This document shows positions 10,447 to 20,412 of a stretch of 64,000 bases of DNA, piece after piece. Made by a program: the position numbers and the translations under genes. The DNA comes from a virus. The DNA is taken from positions 23,157-87,156 of the IMG/VR virus record IMGVR_UViG_3300045988_128026. The stretch is one strand, 5' to 3'. The notes under the pieces are model-generated. The model was not told the DNA's origin. It saw nothing but the letters and a program-made list of their open reading frames with translations, and did no database searches. Numbering within the stretch: the stretch's first letter is position 1; the number at the start of each line of letters is the position of its first letter.

Positions 10447-12000
10447 CTACGCTCCGTTTTTCTCTCGTTTTATGACATATCCTATTTCGTCCCAAGTATT
10501 TAAATCCAAATTGATTTCAAAAATTGGAATAACATTTTTGTTACCGCCTCGGTTTTTATCAACCTTAATACAGAAATATGTCTTGTCCTTTTTTAGATCG
10601 TGCGCCTGTGGTTCTCCCCAATCACTAATTGATATATACTGATATTTGTAATATTCGTCAGGATGTAATCTTTTACCAAGCATTAAGATATCAGCAACGT
10701 GCTTAATCTGTTTTGCATTGGCAATATTATTACTACTTAGTTGGAATATATCTGTATACATTGTGTCATCTGTTAACTGGAATACAGAAAAACAAAACAT
10801 ATGGATCTCTTTCATAAGCTCTTTAATTTTTGTGGCTGTCTGTTTCACCGTTTGCCAATCATCAATACGATAACCTTTTAACGTGTCATAACCACAATAT
10901 TTCACATCATATAACATACGATGTTTTCTAAATTCAAACTCTAATGCCGAATCTGAGTAATCAGAGCCAACATCTTTGAAATATAATTTTCCTTGACGTT
11001 TCTGATCTACCCATTTTGCAACTTGCATAACTTTTTGAAACTCATCTGACGTCGTAGCTACTCTATGTCTGTACTCCTCTTCTGTTTCAATAAAGTCGCC
11101 ATTTTCATTTGTTTTTCTTTCAATCACATTGCCATTGTTGTCTCTGTAAATACCAAGAACTATTTCTTCTTCTGGCTTTTCAATATCAACCCCATGAAGC
11201 TCTTTAAAACATTTGTTGTTGATCACTGTAACGACTAAGCAATTTCGCAAATCGTCTTCATCCATTTCGTTACTGAGTAATAAAAATTTCTCATCCATTG
11301 CCAATACGATATATGCGATCAACAACATCATATTTCTTGATTTTCCTTCATTACTTAAGAATCCATTAAAAATTACCTTTCCAAGTCGACACCCTCTGAA
11401 CATCTTATTGAGAATCCCCCAAGGTAACGGAATCCCTAAATCTGGTTTTGATAAAAATGATTCAACCTGTGATTCAACACCACTATTCAATAAGACAGAA
11501 TCTTCGCCTGCGCTAATAACAGTATTAATTTTATCTGCCTGAGATCGAATCACTCTATAAATATCTTTTGCTTCCCATTTTTCAAATAATCTATGGTTTA
11601 AAATTCTTTGAACAGGATATCCATTTCTGTCATACTCTCTAACAAGAGAGTATTTCTTAACGAGATTATAATATTTTTTAAAATCATCACAATCTGCAAC
11701 CTGCATCCATGATGAAATTGTTTTCCACCCTTTGTATCTTTTATATGTCCTAAGTCTTTCATCTGATTGACTCATGAACATATTTACCTTATCTTCCTCA
11801 ATCGTCTGAGTAAATGTTTTGTACATAATCTCAAACATATCATAGAAGAATTTACATGCCTCATCACTGAAATCATACTGGCTTCTCATATATCCACCAT
11901 AAGAAACATATAAATCTGGTTGTTTATACAAAGCACCGATAAACATCATTTCACTCTGAATGTTAGTTACACTTTTACGTTCCACTGTTTCTTCTGTCAA
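10447..12000 (-). CDS. putative DnaB-like replicative helicase (RecA-fold C-terminal domain)
   Basis: P-loop-like NGFLSNEGKSRNMMLLIAY followed by acidic LLLSNEMDEDD; position between primase and recombinase; 517 aa. Weak motif match. Confidence 0.45.
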   Translation of the reverse strand: MTEETVERKSVTNIQSEMMFIGALYKQPDLYVSYGGYMRSQYDFSDEACKFFYDMFEIMYKTFTQTIEEDKVNMFMSQSDERLRTYKRYKGWKTISSWMQVADCDDFKKYYNLVKKYSLVREYDRNGYPVQRILNHRLFEKWEAKDIYRVIRSQADKINTVISAGEDSVLLNSGVESQVESFLSKPDLGIPLPWGILNKMFRGCRLGKVIFNGFLSNEGKSRNMMLLIAYIVLAMDEKFLLLSNEMDEDDLRNCLVVTVINNKCFKELHGVDIEKPEEEIVLGIYRDNNGNVIERKTNENGDFIETEEEYRHRVATTSDEFQKVMQVAKWVDQKRQGKLYFKDVGSDYSDSALEFEFRKHRMLYDVKYCGYDTLKGYRIDDWQTVKQTATKIKELMKEIHMFCFSVFQLTDDTMYTDIFQLSSNNIANAKQIKHVADILMLGKRLHPDEYYKYQYISISDWGEPQAHDLKKDKTYFCIKVDKNRGGNKNVIPIFEINLDLNTWDEIGYVIKREKNGA

Positions 12001-12710
12001 TCAAGTCCCTCACCAAAAATATCACTTAAAATGTCATCCATGTTATCGTCTTGCGTGGCTGTTACTACAGTTTTCTGAGTTGTGATATTATTTGTTTCAA
12101 CAAAAGATTTTGCAAATTTTTCATTATTCTTTTTGTCTACTTCATTTAATTTCTGTTTCTCTTTCCATCGTAAATAACTATCATATTTTCCCACTAAAAC
12201 CGCTAAATCATAATTAACCTGGTGTGTTGGGTTATCTTTATCCATCGTTCCTTTTTGTATTAAAAATGTTCGATTTTTCTTAAGATATTTCATTTGACGC
12301 TTCCACATATCTAAAAGGTCACTTGGCGGAATTGGTTTCGCCAAACCACGATATGTACCTTTGTAAATACTTTTCAATTTTGTAAAAACATATGCTGGTA
12401 CAGAACCAATGTAATTATAATTATCAAGAATAAACCGATATACTTTGTCTTCTAATAATCTTGGTTCAAGTAACAATCGTGCTTTCTGATTATATTCGTC
12501 AATCTTAGATAATGCAGATAACCATTTATCATGTTTAGTATTTTTGGATAATAATTTTGCTTCACACATTTTTTGGAAACATTCTTTGTGATAATAACTA
12601 TTGTCATATTTAACAATCTCTTGTACTTTATCTAAATCAAGTCCAATTACTTCTTTACAATAAGCACATTTTACTGTTAAAACATCTGCCATACTACAGT
12701 TACTCCTCAC
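11997..12710 (-). CDS. hypothetical protein with N-terminal Cys4/His zinc-finger-like motif
   Basis: CAYCKEVIG...YYHKECF; 237 aa; no further recognisable motif. Confidence 0.4.
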   Translation of the reverse strand: MRSNCSMADVLTVKCAYCKEVIGLDLDKVQEIVKYDNSYYHKECFQKMCEAKLLSKNTKHDKWLSALSKIDEYNQKARLLLEPRLLEDKVYRFILDNYNYIGSVPAYVFTKLKSIYKGTYRGLAKPIPPSDLLDMWKRQMKYLKKNRTFLIQKGTMDKDNPTHQVNYDLAVLVGKYDSYLRWKEKQKLNEVDKKNNEKFAKSFVETNNITTQKTVVTATQDDNMDDILSDIFGEGLD

Positions 12711-12759
12711 TTAATATCTAAGGATCAGACAGCCCAAAAGGGCTGCCACATAAATCCTT

Positions 12760-13947
12760 TTATGATAAAACTTCCTCAATCTTTTTCAACTGTCCAAGAT
12801 CTTTAATTCGTGTAATTGTAGTAGGTAATCCTTCTTTCACAAGCTTGTCTTTCATCTCCTGTTTCTCTGGAGGTGTCATCTGTTTAATCATATTAATAAT
12901 TCGCTTTCTAACTGCCTCAACAGAATCTTCATTATTGGAAACTCCGTCATTAGTTACACCAGATTCTTCTTTTTCTGCTTCCTCTTCGGAAACTGGCTTA
13001 CCTGCTTCTCCAAGAATTTCTCTCTTATAGATTTTCTGTTCAACATCAACTGCTTTTGTGAGGGCATTACCAAGTGTAAACTCTTTGTTACCAACAGAAT
13101 TGTCAATAACTTTCTGCCATGCTAACATCTGCGGATCTTCAACAATTTCATTCTTTTTATATGTATGTGTTCTATCTTTCACAATCTGTGCACAAACCAT
13201 GTCAGTTTCATCATCAACGAATGTACGAATTACTGTTTTGGCGTTATAATCCATACCTTTAAATCCGTCAATAATTTTACGACCTGTTGTAACAGTTTCT
13301 CTTTTACCATCAATCATCTTAGATTCTGTTTCATCTTTTTCTCTTGCTGTTACAACACAATGTGCTCCAGAAGCTAATAAATCAAGAATTAAATCCTGAC
13401 CTTTGAAGTTTACAGTCTGGTAATCTTTTAATTCCATACCTGCACCTTCAATCTTGACAAGTCTGGCTTCACCTGTCATATTTGCAGCATCCGCTTTTAC
13501 ACGATTTCTTTTCTTAGAGAACTCAATCAATCCCTGTTTTGTAGTCAGATTTAAGATTGTTGATCCATCTACAACAATTGCATCAGCTCTAAATGGAAGA
13601 CCATCTGCATCTAAAACTACATCATCAGTTTCTTCTCCATCGTCATCAAGCTCGTAGAAGTCACCGTTTGTTTTAACTGTATCAATATAATGTCTTACTT
13701 CTCCTAAGCTCTGAGTGTAAACAATGTAAATGTTTTCGAGATTTACACCATTTTCCTCTAATTCTGGTAAATAATCATCAATACTTCCTGATTCAGAATC
13801 TAAATATAAGACTCTGAAAGGTTTCCCATCTGGGCGTTTAAAATACGCTAACTGCATTGCCAGTGTACTTTTACCAGTAAAAGGTTCTCCATAAATAATA
13901 GTCATCAATTTACTCTGTGTTTTTGCTGCTTTTCTTGCTTTTGCCAA
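12760..13947 (-). CDS. RecA-family recombinase (RecA/UvsX/Sak4-like ATPase)
   Basis: IIYGEPFTGKSTLAMQLAYF...VLYLDSESG closely parallels the RecA Walker A and downstream IDAEHAL segment; 395 aa; acidic C-terminal region. Confidence 0.65.
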   Translation of the reverse strand: MAKARKAAKTQSKLMTIIYGEPFTGKSTLAMQLAYFKRPDGKPFRVLYLDSESGSIDDYLPELEENGVNLENIYIVYTQSLGEVRHYIDTVKTNGDFYELDDDGEETDDVVLDADGLPFRADAIVVDGSTILNLTTKQGLIEFSKKRNRVKADAANMTGEARLVKIEGAGMELKDYQTVNFKGQDLILDLLASGAHCVVTAREKDETESKMIDGKRETVTTGRKIIDGFKGMDYNAKTVIRTFVDDETDMVCAQIVKDRTHTYKKNEIVEDPQMLAWQKVIDNSVGNKEFTLGNALTKAVDVEQKIYKREILGEAGKPVSEEEAEKEESGVTNDGVSNNEDSVEAVRKRIINMIKQMTPPEKQEMKDKLVKEGLPTTITRIKDLGQLKKIEEVLS

Positions 13948-14012
13948 ATGTAAAACTCCTTTATGTATATATTGTTTTTGTTATTTATTTGTGAAATGAT
14001 TTAGAATTGCTC

Positions 14013-15125
14013 TTACCAAACATCGCCTTCAGTATCATCTGAAGAATCATCAAAACCAGATCCCCATTCATCATCTGTAGAAGAACTACTTGTCTGTTTA
14101 TCATCAGACTCACCGAAATCACTTCTTGCTGCTTCTGCCTTTTTAATAGCTTCAATCGCTGCATCAATTGCTTCTCTGGTGTATGTTTCTGAATCAATAC
14201 TGTCTTTGCTTGCGCCAGTGATAATAAGTTCTTTTCTTGCAGAATTTACGACTCTCTTTGTAGGATCTGCTTCTCCCCATCCATCATCTTCTACTTCAAC
14301 TTCTTCTGTCTGAATTTCTGTCTTAATATGTCCCCAAACTTCAATAGATGAATATGGCTTCACATTTTTCTTAAAAGTTTTTGCTAATTTCTTATTTGTC
14401 ATATAGAATTCAGCATCATCAACAGATGAATAACCAATAATCTTTCCATAAACGATAAAACGTCCTGTTGGCACATCATTTTCTTTTTCCTGTTCGATAT
14501 TTGTGAATACCATTGTCTGTTTGAAATCAGATCTTACTTTACGTTCTTCATCATCAAGATCAATTTCTTTACTTGTTAAACTAATCTGTGTTGGAGACAT
14601 TCTTGACCACTGACGTTTAGTACCGTCTTCCCCAGTAAAACTTCCATATTCAATATCTCCTTTGATGAATACACTCTGGTTGTCTGCCATGTGTTCTGAA
14701 GCATATTTTGTTAAATCAAATGGATCTAATACCATTTTTTTGTTAACGACCTGTCCTTTATCATTGGTCTCTTTTTCAAGACCTGCTCTTGAACCAATAA
14801 TTGCCCAACCTTCGCCAAGTCCTAATTCTTCAGCCGATTTAAAACGATCCGCCCAAGGAATTTTTTTAGTTTTGTATGTACCGTCTTTCTCTCGTTTGAT
14901 AAAACATACTGTAGGTTTTTCAAATGCCTGAATTTTACATCCAACTTTTACGTCAGGTTCTACTTTAACTCCGAAAGATAATGTTCGTTTATCTTTGCCT
15001 TTCTGCGTTTTACCTTCCTTATAAAAGTCGTCTTTCGCACAATCAGTGATTAATCCTTCTAACTGAAATGTACCTTTAGTTTCTGGTAAGTTGAAAAGTC
15101 TTTTAGATTTTGTGTTTTCTGCCAA
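14013..15125 (-). CDS. putative ssDNA-binding protein (acidic C-terminal tail)
   Basis: Ends DDEWGSGFDDSSDDTEGDVW (acidic tail, terminal aromatic) as in SSBs; sits next to the recombinase gene. No direct OB-fold motif recognised. Confidence 0.4.
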   Translation of the reverse strand: MAENTKSKRLFNLPETKGTFQLEGLITDCAKDDFYKEGKTQKGKDKRTLSFGVKVEPDVKVGCKIQAFEKPTVCFIKREKDGTYKTKKIPWADRFKSAEELGLGEGWAIIGSRAGLEKETNDKGQVVNKKMVLDPFDLTKYASEHMADNQSVFIKGDIEYGSFTGEDGTKRQWSRMSPTQISLTSKEIDLDDEERKVRSDFKQTMVFTNIEQEKENDVPTGRFIVYGKIIGYSSVDDAEFYMTNKKLAKTFKKNVKPYSSIEVWGHIKTEIQTEEVEVEDDGWGEADPTKRVVNSARKELIITGASKDSIDSETYTREAIDAAIEAIKKAEAARSDFGESDDKQTSSSSTDDEWGSGFDDSSDDTEGDVW

Positions 15126-15335
15126 ATGAATTTACCTCTTTCTGTTATTAAATTTGTTTAGTTAGTTTTTAGTTTGTAAATAAGTCATCAATTTATATCC
15201 ACTGTCAACTCTGCCAAAGTCAACAGGAACAAAAAATAATTTTATCTGATCGTCTTATATTGCTATAATCGTTCTAGCACGTTTATAACAAATGCGTCAA
15301 AAAAAATAATAAAAGTTGTTTGCGTTATTCAACTT

Positions 15336-15878
15336 TTATAATCTGGAAAATGTTGTTGATCGCATTCTTTTAATCTTTTGTTGTATCGCTTGAAATGATG
15401 TGCCAAACATTTTTGCGATTTCTTGATATGTATAACCTTTTGATTTTAAACCAACAATCATTCTGTCCTTATTATTTAGTGTGTAACATTTATCTTGAAA
15501 ATTCAACTTGAAAATAATATTTTTTTCAAAATTTTCTTCATCCTTTAAAAGAAATGAATTTTCATTTTTGTCTTCATCCCAATCATCTAACATATGATTA
15601 TATGAAATAGTATTCATATCGCCCTTTCTTCTCTGTCGAAATCTGTATTTGTTATATACCGTTATTTCATTTTGTATACATAAATACGCATATGTCGAAA
15701 ATGATTTAGACCGTGTTTCATCATAATCAATTGCTGCCTTACACAACCCAATAGCAGCGAATCCATAATAGTCATCAAAATTTTGTCTGCGGATACCGCA
15801 TTTTGTCATAGCAGAGTAAATCAAATTATGATTTTGTTCTACTAATTTTCTCTGTTCGTCATTTAATTTCAACGACAT
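15336..15878 (-). CDS. sigma-70 family sigma factor (phage-encoded), paralog 1
   Basis: Region-2-like FAAIGLCKAAIDYDETRSKSFSTYAYLCIQNEI; C-terminal HTH YQEIAKMFGTSFQAIQQKIKRM; N-terminus LNDEQRKLVEQNHNLI shared with the 21243-21794 protein. Confidence 0.65.
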   Translation of the reverse strand: MSLKLNDEQRKLVEQNHNLIYSAMTKCGIRRQNFDDYYGFAAIGLCKAAIDYDETRSKSFSTYAYLCIQNEITVYNKYRFRQRRKGDMNTISYNHMLDDWDEDKNENSFLLKDEENFEKNIIFKLNFQDKCYTLNNKDRMIVGLKSKGYTYQEIAKMFGTSFQAIQQKIKRMRSTTFSRL

Positions 15879-15908
15879 TTACTCCTTTATTTACTTGTTC
15901 TTATGTAA

Positions 15909-16145
15909 TTATCCCTTGCAAAAAGGCACCCATTGTTTGGGCGGAAATTCGTTCAATCTCCAATAACCAGGATGACTAGAGGTAATAGGACATATTTGCC
16001 TAGTCCCGCCATCTAGTAATTTTAAAAACGGACATGTGATATTACAACCACAACTATCTTTGTTAATAGTACAAATATCTTGAATTGTTTTTAATGCAAC
16101 AGCAACTGCTTCTTCCGTATACTCTCCATAATTTTTCTCACTCAT
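15909..16145 (-). CDS. small Cys-rich protein (tandem paralog A)
   Basis: CGCNITCPF...ICPITSS; shares IQD(I/T)C and overall layout with the 16159-16398 product. Confidence 0.4.
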   Translation of the reverse strand: MSEKNYGEYTEEAVAVALKTIQDICTINKDSCGCNITCPFLKLLDGGTRQICPITSSHPGYWRLNEFPPKQWVPFCKG

Positions 16146-16158
16146 AAATCTTCATCTC

Positions 16159-16398
16159 CTACTTTTCAAATGCTCGCCACGTAGTATCTGGATTGTCTGC
16201 AATACTCCAATTATCAGGCTCTAAATCTGTAATTGTACACGTATCATTATCTTCGATTCTCGTGCATAAAGGGCATTGCTTACACCGATCTCTATCGACA
16301 ATATTGCTCTGATAATATTCGCACGTATCCTGAATCACATGCAGTGCATTTAAAATTTCTTCAGATGTATGTAATTTATTTTTCTTTTCTTTCTCCAT
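16159..16398 (-). CDS. small Cys-rich protein (tandem paralog B)
   Basis: CKQCPLCTRIEDNDTCTIT; paralog of 15909-16145. Confidence 0.4.
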   Translation of the reverse strand: MEKEKKNKLHTSEEILNALHVIQDTCEYYQSNIVDRDRCKQCPLCTRIEDNDTCTITDLEPDNWSIADNPDTTWRAFEK

Positions 16399-16403
16399 CT
16401 ACA

Positions 16404-16802
16404 TTACTCTCCTAACTCAATACCGCAAATTTCTTTTGCTAGTTCTCTTACTGCAACACGACCTACCCAATCTGTCTGCCAGCCATTTATAGATTTTGAT
16501 GACCAATCTGTGAGATCATTGTCATACATAAATTTCAGCAAATCTTCTAAAGTATGAATGTCTTTTTTAACCTCATTTACCTTGCCATAAAACTCTCGTT
16601 TTAGAACCGCTTTTATTTCTGATTCAGTGCGATATATCTCTTCTAAAAGAACCATATATAAACCATGTGTTATACTGTCTTGTATCATTATATATGTTAG
16701 ATCGCCAAGACATTTAATCTCCGTAATAATTCCAGACTTAACAGTATATGGTTCACCGTACCAAGCAAAATACACTTCGTCTCCAACTTTGAAATCGCCC
16801 AT
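16404..16802 (-). CDS. hypothetical protein
   Basis: ORF track; start moved to ATG at 16802 (RBS AGAAAGAGGTGA upstream); the track start is a GTG. Confidence 0.35.
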   Translation of the reverse strand: MGDFKVGDEVYFAWYGEPYTVKSGIITEIKCLGDLTYIMIQDSITHGLYMVLLEEIYRTESEIKAVLKREFYGKVNEVKKDIHTLEDLLKFMYDNDLTDWSSKSINGWQTDWVGRVAVRELAKEICGIELGE

Positions 16803-16817
16803 CTTTATCACCTCTTT

Positions 16818-17021
16818 CTAGCACCAAGCCCATAGAATTAGCTCAATTAAGAATACTACATGTAACATAATCCAGAAAAGAAATACCGCATGGACAGGTG
16901 AATCCCAATTGTCCGAGTCATCACGAGCAGTAATTATGAACCAAACCCAAGCAGCTACATACAACAATACGCACACAGCAATTGAAAATATTCTGATTGT
17001 TAATTTAACATTATCTATCAT
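16818..17021 (-). CDS. small membrane protein
   Basis: Two hydrophobic helices (IFSIAVCVLLYVAAWVWFII; VFLFWIMLHVVFLIELILWAW). Confidence 0.35.
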   Translation of the reverse strand: MIDNVKLTIRIFSIAVCVLLYVAAWVWFIITARDDSDNWDSPVHAVFLFWIMLHVVFLIELILWAWC

Positions 17022-17030
17022 TGCATCCTA

Positions 17031-17570
17031 CTATTCATTGACTTCAACTGGCTCTAATTTGTCTTTATTTTTAACAAAATCCAACATGACTTCTTCTTGT
17101 ATATCTTCATATAATTTGTCATAGTATGTTTTCTTTAATTTAAAAAATGCTACTTTCAAATCTTCACAATAAAACCTACCTCTTTGCCCATTTTTAATTT
17201 GCCGATAAGGATTTTCAGGGTGCTCATACACAACAGAAATTGTTCCATCTCCATCATATGTAGTCTCCATCGAAATACTACCACTCTTAAGAGCATGATA
17301 CATAACCTGATTATCTTCAATAAAACCATATGGATGCCACTCATAATCATCAGGAATAACAGTTGGTTCAATAACATCAAAATATTTTTCCAATTCATCT
17401 CCTGACATCACGCCAAGATGTACTCCATCTACACCAAATCTAAAATTAATAACATTTTCATCTGTATCAATCTTAACAATCTCACATACCTCGCCAAGAT
17501 TATCGAAGCATCCCATTGATTTCTTTAATTTAATCTTATGATCTGTTGTCAATTCATTAATATTAATCAT
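17031..17570 (-). CDS. hypothetical protein
   Basis: ORF track; 179 aa. Confidence 0.35.
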   Translation of the reverse strand: MININELTTDHKIKLKKSMGCFDNLGEVCEIVKIDTDENVINFRFGVDGVHLGVMSGDELEKYFDVIEPTVIPDDYEWHPYGFIEDNQVMYHALKSGSISMETTYDGDGTISVVYEHPENPYRQIKNGQRGRFYCEDLKVAFFKLKKTYYDKLYEDIQEEVMLDFVKNKDKLEPVEVNE

Positions 17571-18598
17571 GCTGCCACCTTACCTTTCTTACTAAAATGT
17601 TTATTCCATGCATCAACCGCTTCTTGTTGATCGGCAGTTAGAGGATCATTGAATCTTTGCAGTGCTTGTACGATTCGTCCATTTTGTATTTCAATCGTCA
17701 CTAACGATTTGTTTGGTTCTTTTACTCTTCTCAAGAACATAATATGGCATTCGCCATCAATGACTCGATCTATGTAACTTGCCACACAATTATTCTGCTG
17801 TACCGCTTCGTCTTTGATGTCTTGAGTGGAGTCTGGATAAAAGAATCTCAGTCCTTTATATGTAAATTCGTATTCTTTATTAATACGGCTCTTAAAGACT
17901 TCTTCCGAAAATTCTTTTTGTAATCTTTTGTAATTTCTTGTGACAATATCCATTGTTGTTTTGAAATGTCTTGGATATCTATCAAATTTATGACTGATTG
18001 CGTCCATCATACGGGCATAATCACGCAATTCTCTGAGCAACCAATTTATAGCAACAATTGCTTCAAACGTCATTATCTTATCCATATAAACAAATACATC
18101 TGCGAGATTATATCCATAATCCTTATTTAAAGACGTTAATATTTCCATATAATAATCTGTGCTACGATTAGCAAAAAAGAACATTAAGTCGGATTGAGTC
18201 ACTGTCATATATTGTGTTTGAAGAATTGTTTGAACATAATCTGGATATTTTTTGTAAAAATCAACAAACTTGTTATTTAATAAGCGGTTCGTCTTCACAC
18301 CAATACAATAATTTCTTAACCATTTTGGTACTTCATTAATTGAATATCTGAAATCTTCTGCAATTTGTTTGTGCGTAAACCCTATAGCGAAGAACTGCTC
18401 ACATACTGAATATTGACTTGCATATTCAAACAAAGTTCCCAAATTATAATCAATGAAGCCACATGTAGTTCTTCCCATTTCACAATTTCTTCGCCAATTT
18501 ACATATTTTAGAAACTCTGCATAATGTGGATCGGACACAAACAATTTATCCAATTCATCAGCTGAATGTCCAGACAGAATATTATTTAAAGCTTTCAC
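17567..18598 (-). CDS. hypothetical protein
   Basis: 343 aa; GTG start in track. The same frame stays open ~115 nt further upstream without an ATG, so the start is uncertain. Confidence 0.35.
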   Translation of the reverse strand: MKALNNILSGHSADELDKLFVSDPHYAEFLKYVNWRRNCEMGRTTCGFIDYNLGTLFEYASQYSVCEQFFAIGFTHKQIAEDFRYSINEVPKWLRNYCIGVKTNRLLNNKFVDFYKKYPDYVQTILQTQYMTVTQSDLMFFFANRSTDYYMEILTSLNKDYGYNLADVFVYMDKIMTFEAIVAINWLLRELRDYARMMDAISHKFDRYPRHFKTTMDIVTRNYKRLQKEFSEEVFKSRINKEYEFTYKGLRFFYPDSTQDIKDEAVQQNNCVASYIDRVIDGECHIMFLRRVKEPNKSLVTIEIQNGRIVQALQRFNDPLTADQQEAVDAWNKHFSKKGKVAA

Positions 18599-18726
18599 TT
18601 TCTTACCACTTTTGCCATAACAATCACCATTTGATAAATCATATTTGCAAGTTTTACCATCATCCAGATGGAAAATAATAAACTTGCCTTGTTTTTCTGC
18701 TGTAATAGTGTTTCAACTCCTTTTCT

Positions 18727-18773
18727 ACCACAATATATAGTATATAATATTTATAGGCATACTATATATTGTG
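18727..18773. repeat. perfect 16-bp inverted repeat CCACAATATATAGTAT / ATACTATATATTGTGG separated by 15 nt
   Basis: Read directly; lies in the gap between the 157-aa and 343-aa genes. Confidence 0.6.
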
Positions 18774-18813
18774 GTTATTTTTAACATCAAATTCCTATTT
18801 CATATCATTGCAT

Positions 18814-19287
18814 TTACACCCATGCTCGAATACTACTATGATTCATCCTGAGATAAAAGTCATATATATATGTACATAATTTTTTCTCATCGTCAAATAT
18901 CTTGTCAGACATTTGCACCCACCAAGCATGCAATCTTTTCTTTTCTGTATTCAAAATCAGTACAGGAATATGACGTTCATATGCAATTGCAATCTCCATA
19001 GATGTACCAATGCTCTTCGGATCATTCGCATTTACCACAACAAGATCACTATTTCTAACAAAATTTGTATCAAATCTCATTACTTCTTTTTCTGTATCAT
19101 GTAACTCTGTTTGAAAATTATAATAATCAACGGGGTTAATAATGTTGACTTCTTTCATATTAACATTAAGTATTCTACGCATAGCAATAATTTGATTGCA
19201 AATTCTTTCTCTCCAAGTATTCTGCTCTTCAAATGATAAATCCTGCATACCGCCTGCAAGATAAATCTGAAATACATTATTTTGCAT
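18814..19287 (-). CDS. nucleoside 2-deoxyribosyltransferase-like protein
   Basis: IYLAGGM near the N-terminus and GTSMEIAIAY, resembling the NDT/DNPH1 family YLAGP and xxxEIGYA catalytic-Glu segment; 157 aa. Confidence 0.5.
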   Translation of the reverse strand: MQNNVFQIYLAGGMQDLSFEEQNTWRERICNQIIAMRRILNVNMKEVNIINPVDYYNFQTELHDTEKEVMRFDTNFVRNSDLVVVNANDPKSIGTSMEIAIAYERHIPVLILNTEKKRLHAWWVQMSDKIFDDEKKLCTYIYDFYLRMNHSSIRAWV

Positions 19288-19615
19288 TTAATTTCTCCTC
19301 CACTTTCTTTGTTAAATAATCCAAAATATCTTTATCTGTTTTAAATGCCTGAGTATCTTTCATAATCCTCTCAGCACTTAGAATACATTGATTCATCTTT
19401 TTAAAATTATCCACTGTAATATGTGAGAAGAATCTGGAATCTTCTTCGACAGAGGCAGGATTCTCACCTATCGTTGTATAATGAAATTCTTCACAGATCA
19501 GTAGCATATCTTTACTACTTGGAAATCCACCCATTCTAAATGAAAAATTAACTACATGTTGAATTACTTTTGGATTACATTTACTCTGCCAAAAATCTCC
19601 AATATGTACATCCAT
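19277..19615 (-). CDS. hypothetical protein
   Basis: ORF track; overlaps neighbours by 11 and 1 nt (translational coupling). Confidence 0.35.
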   Translation of the reverse strand: MDVHIGDFWQSKCNPKVIQHVVNFSFRMGGFPSSKDMLLICEEFHYTTIGENPASVEEDSRFFSHITVDNFKKMNQCILSAERIMKDTQAFKTDKDILDYLTKKVEEKLNAK

Positions 19616-20157
19616 TATTTTCTTTCTCCTTTCATAACATAGGACTCAATCAATCCTTTCTTTAGTCGGTCATTCATATCCTGAATGGCTTCATCGATTG
19701 TTTTAAATTTACATGAACAAATATGCTCTTTGGTCAAATTAACAAATGAATATGTGCCATCTGACTTGTTCCTAAAAATAACAACCACTGATTCTTCTCC
19801 ATCTGGTTTCTTAACAATAAATCTGAGCGCACCTTTTTGTGTTTCCTTTTTATTTTCAAGTAAAATAGTATAATTGATTTTTAACCAGCTACCATTTGCC
19901 CATACTTGTTTAATTTTTTCTTCAGCATTTTGAAGTACACAATGTCTATAATCAATACTCTCGATATTATAGACAAGTGATTCAATGGCTTCTTTATCAT
20001 TTTTTATTGTAATTTGACCATGCGTTCCATTTCTTCCATCTGCAATCGCATCAATAAATTCTTCTACAGTATATTCTTTATCAAGCACAACATCATATTT
20101 AGTATATTTATCGTTATCAGAACGTGGGCGTTTTATTAATTTAAACATCCCTATCAC
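19615..20157 (-). CDS. hypothetical protein (translationally coupled downstream of HigA-like HTH)
   Basis: 180 aa; 17-nt overlap with the HTH gene. Confidence 0.35.
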   Translation of the reverse strand: MIGMFKLIKRPRSDNDKYTKYDVVLDKEYTVEEFIDAIADGRNGTHGQITIKNDKEAIESLVYNIESIDYRHCVLQNAEEKIKQVWANGSWLKINYTILLENKKETQKGALRFIVKKPDGEESVVVIFRNKSDGTYSFVNLTKEHICSCKFKTIDEAIQDMNDRLKKGLIESYVMKGERK

Positions 20158-20410
20158 CTACTTTCTTATCAAATGTTTCTTGCAAATTTAACCAGAACTG
20201 CCCATCATCAGCAAACCCATAATGGTCTGCCATTGTTTTCGCAAATTCTTTTGTAACACTTTGTGATCCGTCAATCAACCCTTGAACATAATCAACATCC
20301 ATGCCAATTTTACTCGCAAGCTGATAAGGAGTCATCCTGCAAGATTCAAGAAATTCTTCTAAGCATTCGCCAGGATGAAAAGCAATTTCGTCTCCAATCT
20401 TTACATACAT
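20141..20410 (-). CDS. HigA-family XRE-type HTH protein (antitoxin-like)
   Basis: HPGECLEEFLESCRMTPYQLASKIGMDVDYVQGLIDGSQSVTKEFAKTMADHYG..FWLNLQ, the characteristic HigA/antidote HTH with the WLNLQ tail. Confidence 0.6.
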   Translation of the reverse strand: MYVKIGDEIAFHPGECLEEFLESCRMTPYQLASKIGMDVDYVQGLIDGSQSVTKEFAKTMADHYGFADDGQFWLNLQETFDKKVGDRDV

Positions 20411-20412
20411 TT

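Noticed and set aside
10441-10449. The 517-aa helicase-like ORF and the primase ORF are in the same frame, separated only by TAG plus one codon (possible read-through fusion).
   Set aside because: The primase has a complete N-terminal zinc-binding domain and the helicase a normal C-terminus. Helicase-then-primase is not the known fusion order. The same pattern occurs at 16809-16820 with TAG, which fits chance (1/3 probability) plus the ORF finder restarting at the next start codon.
12732-12747. GC-rich hairpin CAGCCC-aaaa-GGGCTG downstream of the recombinase gene as an intrinsic terminator.
   Set aside because: No U-tract follows on the coding strand. It may still be a processing or pause site, but the evidence is too weak for a feature call.
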